DNA of 27,928 nt from Octopus sinensis (Eukaryota). A program made the translations under genes and the position numbers. This document shows positions 12,086-21,755 of the stretch, piece by piece (position 1 is the first letter of the stretch; every line of letters begins with the position of its first letter). The notes below the pieces were generated by a model that saw only the letters and a program-made list of their open reading frames with translations, did no database searches and was not told where the DNA came from. The stretch covers positions 1 to 27,928 of the forward strand of contig NW_021833520.1 in the NCBI RefSeq assembly GCF_006345805.1, in the 5' to 3' direction.

Positions 12086-12885
12086 ATTGCTGGGAGATGG
12101 TAGAGAGCGCTTCGAGGTGATCGGAGAACAAGTCTGGCATATGTACGGAAAGCTCGTAGGGAAGACCATTCAAATGGGGTAACTTGTGCCTCGTGTAGCC
12201 CACAAGGGCATTCGACTCAGTGTTCAACGTTACCGGCCACCTCTCGGAAGCAGTGGAGGCCTTCGACCCCTTGCACATTTTATAAGTTTAGGGCAGAAAG
12301 CTCGCAAATGGACAACTCCGCAAACGAAACAATGCGGCCTTCTGCCCTCAGTCATTATGTGCAATACCGTCCCCTTTTGGGGACGGATGTGGTCCGGGAT
12401 TCTTTTGAAGTTTTCGGGTTTGATCTGGCTGAGTATCTCCAGATCCATTCCGGACCAATCCTCCCTGGCAGTTTTTGTCAAAATTATTGAGACGTTATCT
12501 GACCCTTGCTCGATTACGCATCCTAGAAGCCACCATATGTCAAGTCCTGGTGGACACCCGCTATTTTTTTTCTCATAGGTGATGGGTACATAACGACCTT
12601 GCTGGTTTTGCAAGGGGTCATTGAGTGCCTCATAGCGAGGGCTTCTGACTTAAAACGCAGCGAAATGGTGCCGAATTTGTCCTACCCTCACTGTGTACTC
12701 AGTATCATCCCTGATACATCTCAGCACAGCTTCAATATCTGCCTTTGCTGTTTTTGCTGGGTTTCTTTGTTTCTGTTGAAATGCATTTGAAAGGAACAGT
12801 TTTTTTTTTCTCCACTGTTTCAGTTGCCACTTTTGGTATGGTTATGTTGGCCCACGTTCGTTTATGCTTGACGAGCATCCATGCC
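12086..12885 (-). mobile_element. Degenerate ORF1 of an L1/Tx1-like LINE (inverted segment)
   Basis: Minus-strand frames give KRTWANITIPKVATETVEKK...LHIMTEGRRPHCFVCGVVHLRAFCP, a CCHC zinc-knuckle-like motif typical of L1/Tx1 ORF1. Frameshifted. Confidence 0.7.
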
Positions 12886-14140
12886 CGAAAGGTCGGGTGG
12901 AGGTGGCGAATGCAGACATCGCTTCTGTCATCTACTACAGTTTGACCGCCGTCCCTTGCCCCCATTTGCGCCTCGCCAAGTTGGAGCACCCCCTCTTCAA
13001 ATTCTTGTAGAGAAGACAGGTTCCATTGCTGAGGTCACCCATCAGCTGCCAACACTCTCTACGCAGAGGGATGGGCATGCCGTGGCTAATGATGCGCAGA
13101 CATGCACTAAGGCTGGGGCATCTCCAGATATTCTGCCTAAATGGTGAATAGGTGTGGTCACCGTTTGTCAAACAAGCCTTCCCCCAGCTCGTCTTCTTGA
13201 CTGAGCTGCAGTCCTCGGTCAAGAAAGACTAAGACATCTAGAAAGTTGCCAGGCACTCACTGCCCTCTAGCAGTCGGGAAATATGACCAGTAGAACATCT
13301 ACTCTTGCGTTCTATATAGGGTTAGTGGGGGGAAAGATCGATGACGCACTCGGAGAGGCACTGGGCGTCAACAAAGTCGAACTGACCAGTCTGCTCAGGA
13401 GGACTTTTGAGCCAGGGACGATGGATAACTTCCAGAAATCCCTAGCTTGGCAGTGCTACTACCGGAGGGCACTGCTGGTTCGAAATAAACTCGACAGACA
13501 CGGAAATGCTGTCAGATGGACCTACCCAAGATCGACAAAACCGTTCTGCATGCACTCGTCCAGTGTCCTTGTTTTACTGACTTGCAGAGTTATGTTGAAC
13601 AGCTGTCATCACTTGCTATCAGACGACTTCATAGGGAAGGGCTGGCAATTTTCCTCTGTCTGATAGCGGTAGCAAAAGTAGTCGTATGGTGAACCAGGTT
13701 GAAAAGACTGAAGGCAAACACTTTTTTCTTCGACCAATTCCTCATCAACTTTTTGCAGATTTCACTTAGAAAGGAAGATGAGGGTAGAGAAAGATGTACA
13801 TTTGCTAAAAGGTGGCTGAATATAGCGAAATGGCCCGTGTGAATGGACCTACCCTGATAAGGCACCTGTAGGCTAGCAAATTTAAGAGGGAGATAGGTGC
13901 CCTTCCCAGATGCCCTCAAAGCGTCAAGTGGTTGAGGATTGGTGGAGTACCTGAGCCAACCCCATGTGGTTACCCCCCACATCCTTTTGGGGGGATTTTC
14001 ATTGTTATATTTTTCTTGTTTGATATTATTGCTATTGTTTTAATTGTGTGTTTGTTGTTTTGTGTAAAATCTCCACTGTGCATGTCTACTGTATTGTCCC
14101 CTAAATGTCGGCCCTGGTGGCCAATAAATGAAATAATAAT
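12886..14140 (+). mobile_element. 3' part of L1/Tx1-like ORF2 plus 3' UTR (pseudogenised)
   Basis: KGRVEVANADIASVIYYSLT...GMGMPWLMMRRHALRL...SLAWQC...TVLHALVQCP (post-RT region and zf-RVT-like motif), with stops and frameshifts. Ends in caataaatgaaataataat. Confidence 0.8.
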
Positions 14141-14154
14141 AAGAATAGTTGTTG

Positions 14155-14200
<46 letters not shown>

Positions 14201-14249
14201 TATTATAATTATCATTATCATTATTATTATCATTATTATTATTATTATT

Positions 14250-14799
14250 GAGTGAGAGAGCAGTGCATGCCATCAAAGTGACAATGGGGTAAAATATACG
14301 AAGCCCAAATACCATCATGACTACCCGTCTGATAAGGGTACACCAGGCCAGCATCACAACTATATGTGCGCGACATGATCTCATATCAAGATAAACAGCA
14401 CATGACCTTGCAGGTGGGGCCCAGTTAGAATTTTCTTCAGGTTGAGTAGCCCATCCGCTCAAACGGTCCCTGAATAAGGGTTGTTTAAGGATGTTGAAAG
14501 AACACCCATGTTTCCAGAGGTGAACTATTCAAACCCCAAAGAATCCCTCTCAACACATGGCTATGATGCTGCTCCCACTACTTCTGCTCGTGATCAGAGA
14601 TGCACATATTGTCAGCCACTAAGGGACATGGTCAACTGGTTAAGGTCAAACAACTGACAAGCAAATTTGTGGTATTGAGCAGAATATTTGCTGTAGCCCA
14701 TCTTTTATACCAACACAAAACAATGTACATGATAACACTTCCAATCAGTTAAGATCAGAAGCCATGAGAGCCACTGCCTGGTACTGCATCAGGGCATTT
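14250..14799. mobile_element. 550-bp non-coding element embedded in (TAT)n, copy 1
   Basis: Co-terminal with 25881-26440; I counted 7 substitutions in the last about 205 nt. Both copies are flanked by (TAT)n. Confidence 0.9.
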
Positions 14800-14806
14800 A
14801 TTATTA

Positions 14807-14881
<75 letters not shown>

Positions 14882-14894
14882 TATTATTATTATT

Positions 14895-15217
14895 CAGTAG
14901 TCTTATTTTTATATCGTGCTTTCACTTCACTACCGAGCACAGCTCTGTGTGCCTTGGGTATGTGTTGTGGTTTGTTGTGATTCTCTTATTTTCACTGTAT
15001 TGAAAGTGTTTTATGTAGGATGTGTGCAGTGCCTAGTAGTGCAATTTTCTGTATGTTATATGTGTTTGTAAGTCCTGGTGTTTTTGTTATGTATTTGTCT
15101 GAATATTTTTTTATCATGCCTAATGCACCTACTATGATAGGAATTGTTTCTGTTTTTAGACTCCACATTCGATTTACCACCATTTCCAGATCTTTGTATT
15201 TTGAAAGTTTCTCCATT
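14895..15217 (-). mobile_element. 3' end of an RLE-type non-LTR retrotransposon (Dong/R4-like)
   Basis: EKLSKYKDLEMVVNRMWSLKTETIPIIVGALG...IQKIALLGTAHILHKTL is a restriction-like endonuclease C-terminus. It is followed by a 3' UTR running into (AAT)n on the minus strand. Confidence 0.8.
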
Positions 15218-15288
15218 ATACTACTACTACTACTACAACAACAATTACTACTACTACTACTTTACTTCCTTTTATTTGTCTCACTCAG

Positions 15289-15372
15289 TTAGGTGCTGGA
15301 GAAACTACCGAAGGTGAAACAAAGGAAGGCCTCTTTACAATACATGCTTATTGCTTAATAAAACTTATGAAG
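15289..15372 (+). CDS. Calpain exon E with catalytic His: LGAGETTEGETKEGLFTIHAYCLIKLMK
   Basis: cactcag acceptor, GTAAGT donor, 84 nt, phase 0 to 0. GL...HAY motif, with His CAT at 15343-15345. Confidence 0.9.
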
Positions 15373-15794
15373 GTAAGTTGTTAATCTTCTCACCTTTTCG
15401 CACCTTTCCTTTATCAATTTTAATCAGCAAACCACAAAACAAAACCAACAGAAGCAGAGCATGCGGCCCTTAATGCTAAACCCAGTTTCTCAAAATGGCT
15501 TCTTAAGGATCGTCTGTTTTATTTCGCCAACTTTTATCCAATGGCCTTTTCTTTCGTCTTTTATTTGTGTCAGTCACTGGAGGGCGGTCATGCTACAGCA
15601 CCACCTGGAAGAGTTTCTAGTTGAATGAATTGACCTCCAACCACAAATATATATTTATGTGTGTGTGCGCGCGCGCGTGTGTGTATAGAGAGAGAGGGAG
15701 GGAGAGAGACAGACAGACAGATAAATTGATAAATAGACAGATAGATATATTCATACACACCCATACACACATACCGTGCCTGAGAAAGGGGGTG

Positions 15795-16035
15795 GTGGTG
15801 ATGTTGATCATGATGGTCAAGATGATGATGATGATGATGATGATAATGTTAGTGATGATGATTATGATGATGATTATGATGATGATTATGATGATGATGA
15901 GGATAATAACGATCATGATGATGATGATGAGGATGTGTATAATTATGAAGGGATAACGACAATGATGATCATGAGGAGGAGGAGGAGGAGGAAGAGGAAG
16001 AGCATGGGGGAAGAGGAGGAGGCGGAGGAGGTGGA
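15795..16035. repeat. (GAT)n/(GAG)n trinucleotide array in the intron between exons E and F
   Basis: Directly visible. Confidence 0.9.
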
Positions 16036-16086
16036 GCAATGTCTGTATGTGTGCATGTGAGTACAGAGCACTCTGTCTGTTTGCAG

Positions 16087-16172
16087 GTTCAATACCAAGG
16101 AAAGGAGGTTGGCCTTGTTAAACTGAGAAATCCATGGGGCAAAAAGGAGTGGAATGGACCCTGGAGTGATTC
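16087..16172 (+). CDS. Calpain exon F with catalytic Asn: [28 protein letters not shown](S)
   Basis: ttgcag acceptor, GTAAGT donor, 86 nt, phase 0 to 2. LRNPWG..EW.G.WSD motif, with Asn AAT at 16129-16131. Confidence 0.97.
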
Positions 16173-16304
16173 GTAAGTAAAACATTCACAAACTGAATGC
16201 CAGGAATATTCGACCAGGTTCACTTTCTCATGCATCGTACTCTCGCACACACCCTGTGTATACACACACACACACACACACATGTGTTTATGTATAAATG
16301 TGTT

Positions 16305-16338
<34 letters not shown>

Positions 16339-16419
16339 CATACATATATGTATATATATATATATATTGTTATATTTCGGAATGGTCATATTGCCAGTTT
16401 AGCCAACAAATATTTAAAC

Positions 16420-16465
<46 letters not shown>

Positions 16466-16574
16466 ATAATTAAGGATAACCTCTTAATAAGGAATCTTAA
16501 CAAGAAATTATCAGTAGATAGCGTGAAAAACCTCATAAGAGAAAAATTTCGAAAATAATTCTTTCTTATTGAAC

Positions 16575-16901
16575 ATATTAATTTATATTATATAGAGGGC
16601 ATTATTACATATAAATGCCTCACGCTAAGAGGGACATAAGTCATTTCTACCAAAAATTTTACTAATCATACCCAATGCAATTTTTCAAAGCAAGACATTT
16701 AAAAAATGAATTTAGTCTTGTATCACCTGTGATTTCGCACTCACCGCAGGTGATATAAGACTAAATTCATTTTTTAAATGTCTTGCTTTGAAAAATTGCA
16801 TTGGGTATGATTAGTAAAATTTTTGGTAGAAATGACTTATGTCCCTCTTAGTGTGAGGCATTTATATGTAATAATGCCCTCTATATAATATAAATTAATA
16901 T
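16575..16901. repeat. Foldback element, 157-bp arms with a 13-nt loop
   Basis: 16575-16731 is a near-perfect reverse complement of 16745-16901. Flanked by AT microsatellites. Confidence 0.95.
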
Positions 16902-17005
16902 ATATATATATACATATGTGTGTATGTGCATACATAAACACATACATAATACATACATACATACATACATACATACATACATACATACATACATACATAC
17001 ATACA

Positions 17006-17077
<72 letters not shown>

Positions 17078-17580
17078 TATTATATATATATATATATATA
17101 TAATATAAATTAAATTAGAGATAAAACCACCATTAGGAAAATCAAACATGAAAAACATAAACCAAACATAAAAATAAACATAATTAATAAAATATACAAA
17201 ATATATAAAATATAAGATTTAAAATTTAAATTATTTAAATTTAAAATTTTTAATTTATATTTATAAATTTTTCTATTTTTTAAATTTTAAATTAATAAAT
17301 TTATATACATATATATCCATATATATATATGTATATAAAAATTCAGATTACGATATATGTAAACAAAGTTTGTTTTTAGAAGTGCTGAGATGTATTGAAA
17401 GATACAGGTAAGGAAATGATGTATTTCCAAACGCAGAATAATTCGTGAGTAGGCAATTTAGCATAACGGTAAAGCACGTGACCGGAAATCACAGATAAGT
17501 TCGAGTCTCATGTTTGGCCGCTGACAAACTTTTCTGCAAAATATGGATACATTTTGTAACATGAAATTCGTCACACTATT

Positions 17581-17963
17581 TTTATTTTCATTTCATTTCA
17601 TCTAGTTTCAGCTCACGAGCTGTGGCCATGCTGGGGCACCGCCATTTGGTGTTGCTACATGATTTTACTTCACGAATGGTTTTTAGCAATTGTCATTTGG
17701 TGCATGAGAGAGTTCGATGCAGCTGCCCTCATCTGCACCTCCTGCCGTGAAGTTGGTTCATCTGGGACACCTGACAGGAAGAGATCCAGTTTCATTTTAA
17801 AGACATCTGCATCCACCCCATGCAGGTCTCTCAGGTTCTTCGGGGGGATATTGAAGAGCTGTGGGTCTCTGAAGCCCAGGCTATCACAGTATCTTGTCCT
17901 ACACCTTGATGGCAAATTTGGAGTCCTTGGCACTCTGCAGTGGTGCCCAGTTCTGGCATTTGT
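17581..17963 (-). mobile_element. 3' end of a CR1/L2-group-like LINE
   Basis: TNARTGHHCRVP...DSLGFRDPQLFNIPPKNLRDLHGVDADVFKMKLDLFLSGVPDEP...AAASNSL, then a 3' UTR with a hairpin and (GAAAT)n tail. Clade assignment is inference. Confidence 0.75.
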
Positions 17964-17969
17964 GTAACT

Positions 17970-19865
17970 ATATTTCAACAATACGAAAATGTTATTCATT
18001 GAAGTAAGCACCATTACAATCAACACATTTCTGCCAACGAGTTACAAGTTTGTTTATTCCAGTAACATAATAATATAGAGTTCTGGGCTTGATGAACTCT
18101 TTGAATGCATTTTCAGCATCGGTTTCTCCTCCCACAGGAAACCATCAAAGTGCTTCAAAAAGTGGTAGTTGGTAGGAGAAAAGTCTGTGGAATAAGCTGG
18201 GTGAAGAAGAACTTCGTAGCCAAGTTCCCTCAACTGCTGGGGCATCATTAGCGAAACATGTGGTCAAACATTGTAATGAAGAATGATTGGCCTTATTCTG
18301 TTGACCAGTCTGGAATGGAGGAGTAGCAGTTTTTCATTCATTTTGGCAATTTCATAGCCATCATCATCATCATCTTCATTGTTCGACCGTGGTCGAGACA
18401 ATGGAATTTACCATGCTACGCCAGACTTCACGGTCCATCATGGCATTACGGAGATCCTGTTGCTGGATGCCTGTATCCCTGGAGATTACATCAGGGTAGG
18501 AGAGTGTGCACCCTCTGGTATTGCGAGTAGATGGCTTCCAGAGGAGAAAAGTAGAAATTGCCTCCTTTTTCAGCTCTACAACAATGTCCAGCAAACTGGA
18601 CTCTCCTACCTTTCACAAGAGATGACACAGGTGGTAGTTTCCCATATATTTGCATTTTGGTTGGATGGCGCTTCCACGAGAGATTTTGAGTTCTCATAAG
18701 GAGGCGAGTGTAGGTTCCATCCAACCGCCTCTCAAGCTTCTTTGATAACGTCCAGGTTTCTGAGCCATATAGTAGAATTGGTTCGACTGTGGCTTTGAAG
18801 ATTTTAAGTTTGAAGTCTCTACTTTGATTTGATGACCAGATCTTATGCATGTCATTACAGGCTGACCAGGCCATACCCTTTATAATTAGAAAATCTCTTT
18901 CAGATGATGAAGTTCCATCCAACCGCCTCTCAAGTTTCTTAGATAACGTCCAGGTTTCTGAGCCATAGAGTAGAATTGGTTCGACTGTGGCTTTGAAGAT
19001 TTTAAGTTTGAAGTCTCTACTTAGATTTGATGACCAGATCTTATGCATGTCATTACAGGCCATATGTCATTCATGGCCATATATTTCTGTCGTAATGGTT
19101 TTCCTGGTTTTAAGAAGTTATAGGGAATGAGTGCAGCAGTACACCACCAAACAGACACCATAAGCATCTTTGGGAAGACCTCAGGCTTAGGGAAGGTTTT
19201 ACATGCTTCTTTTTAGCCCAACCCTGCAAAGAACTTTTTATTATTATTATTGTACAGAATCTACGTTCATCGCAAGTTACAATATGGTCGAGAAATGGAT
19301 TAACTGGTTACGGAGAAGAAGTGACGAGCTAAGTTCATATTGGCACATTTTCTGATTTTAATTCAAATCGTGTGGTACCCATTTGTTGAGCTTTTTTGAT
19401 TTTCTGATCGCATACAAATGGTTGCTAACTGTTTTCTGGCTAACCTGAAATTCCTTCGCCAGTTCTCGAGTGGTCTTACGTGGATCTCTCTTAATGTCCA
19501 TCATCAATGACAAATGGGCATCCACTATGCTCACGATCAGGTCTCCGCTGTGAAATCATTTAAACCATTTTCAAGTTAACCACTCACTGCTCATTTCCTC
19601 ACCAAACATTTCATTGATATCGCGATGTCGTTTTTTGAAGCTGAATAGCAAAATTGCTCGAATATCGCTCTTTGACAGTTCCATTTCAGATGATGGCAAG
19701 AATGGTGAAAAAAAATCAATGTTAATTTATTGATGCAATTAGGCTAGTCTATGTCTGTATTATCCGACCAAAGGAAAAAATGTTTCAAAAATATTCAAAA
19801 CTCTACAAAAATCCGGTACAAATTCTTCATAGTTCAAAACGTTGCTTACTTTTTACTCAACCTGA
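17970..19865 (-). mobile_element. Degenerate mariner A (Hsmar1/cecropia-like), interrupted by an RTE insertion
   Basis: TA-TCAGGTTGAGTAAAAAGTAA TIR at the right end; ATG at 19684; KWVPHDL, IVTCDE, VSVWW, LGYEVLLHPAYSTDFSPTNYHF, RWQKCVDCNGAYFNE* (stop 17992-17994). Many stops and indels. Second TIR not found. Confidence 0.88.
18361..19069 (-). mobile_element. 5'-truncated RTE LINE with internal duplication, (GAT)n tail and 10-bp TSD
   Basis: KIFKATVEPILLYGSETWTL...RRVQFAGHC...M.DREVWR; (GAT)n tail; TSD TTCATAGCCA (18351-18360) / TTCATGGCCA (19070-19079). Confidence 0.9.
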
Positions 19866-20650
19866 TACATACATACATACATACATACATACATACATAC
19901 ATACATACATACACACATACATACACACATACATACACACATACATATATACATACATACATACATACATACATACATACATACATACATACACACACAC
20001 ATACATACATACATACATACATACATACATACATACATACATACACACACATATACATACATACAAAGAAACATACATACATACAAAAATACACACACAC
20101 ATACATACATACATACATACATACATACATACATACATACATACATACATACACACACATACATACATACATACATACACACACACATACATACATAAAT
20201 ACATACATACATACATACATACATACACACATACATACACACATACATATATGCATACATACATACATACATACATACACACACATACACACACACACAC
20301 ATACATACATACATACATACATACACACATACACACATACACACATACATACACACATACATACATACATACACACATACATACATACATACTTACGTAC
20401 ATACATACATACACACATACATACATACATACATACATACTTACATACGTAAATACTTACATACACACATACACACATACATACACACATACATACACAT
20501 ATACATACACACATACATACATAGATACATACATACATACATGTATACATACACACATACATACATACATACACACATACACACATACATACACACATAC
20601 ATACATACATACATACACACACACATACATACATACATACATACATACAC

Positions 20651-20681
<31 letters not shown>

Positions 20682-21000
20682 CATACATACTACATACATA
20701 CAATACATACACACACACAACATACATACATACCACACACACACATACATACACACATACATACATACATACATACACACACACATACATACATACATAC
20801 ATACATACACACATACATACATACATACATACACACACACATACATACATACATACATACATACATACACACATACATACATACATACACACATACATAC
20901 ATACATACATACATACATACATACATACATACATACGCACATACATATATACATACATACATACATACATACATACATACATACACACACACATACTCAT
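19866..21000. repeat. (CATA)n/(CA)n microsatellite, about 1.1 kb
   Basis: Directly visible; starts at the TA flanking the mariner A TIR. Confidence 0.98.
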
Positions 21001-21063
21001 ATATATATTGAGGCTTTTGAATTGTTTTAACTCTTATTTTTAGCAAAAGCGGTGCTAATCAAT

Positions 21064-21094
<31 letters not shown>

Positions 21095-21250
21095 ATGGGA
21101 CGTGGCTACGATATTTCCGAGCCGGATTGTGCATTGTGTTCTTGAGCAAGACACTTTATTCCACATAGCTCCAGTTCCCTCAGCGGTAGAAACGAGTTGG
21201 GACGTCACTGGTGCCAAGCTGTATCGGCCCCTTTCCCTTGGATAACTCTC
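21095..21250 (+). mobile_element. Degenerate SINE, family 4
   Basis: gtgttcttgagcaagacacttt motif after a decayed B-box region. This motif is typical of SINE central domains. Confidence 0.5.
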
Positions 21251-21343
21251 TAGATGGAATCTCATGGTCATTCATGACCAAAGGGGGATCTTATGTGCGT
21301 GTGTGTATGTATGTGTTTGTAGATACATACACACACACACATA

Positions 21344-21528
21344 TACTCTTTACTCTTTACACACACACGACAGGCTTCTTTCAGTTTCCGTCTTCCAAAT
21401 CCACTCACAAGGCATTGGTCAGCCCGGCGCTATAGCAGAAGACACTTGCCCAAGATGCCACGCCGTGGGACTGAACCCGGAACCATGTGGTTGGTTAGCA
21501 AGCCACTTACCACACAGCCACTCCTGCG

Positions 21529-21530
<2 letters not shown>
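21344..21530 (-). mobile_element. SINE family 1 with internal deletion (head joined to tail repeat)
   Basis: Intact head ending ctcctgcgcc at 21530; the tactctttac tail lies directly against the (CA)n segment. Confidence 0.8.
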
Positions 21531-21596
<66 letters not shown>

Positions 21597-21755
21597 ATAT
21601 ATAATATATATATTATATATATATATATATATTAAGAACAAACTTACTTAGAAGTGGATGCGTGCGTTCCGTCATATAATAACAAATTAATAAATAAAAT
21701 ACATGCGTATATACATACATATATGCACGTACCTACCTCTACATGTATATATATA

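Noticed and set aside
14250-14799. HDV-like ribozyme or TIRs at the ends of the 550-bp element
   Set aside because: I could not assemble P1/P2/P3 pairings on either strand, and the termini are not reverse complements.
15776-16060. Acidic poly-D/E ORF before exon F as a possible extra exon
   Set aside because: It is a (GAT)n/(GAG)n array with no convincing splice sites. Exons E and F already join in frame with the expected His-Asn spacing.
18358-18400. RTE (18361-19069) as partner of the repeat at 25300-25625
   Set aside because: Only the generic (GAT)n tail is shared, with no similarity upstream. The RTE end at 27175-27525 is the better match.
19751-21046. ORFs up to 416 aa of HTYI/MYVC repeats
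   Set aside because: Same microsatellite artefact.
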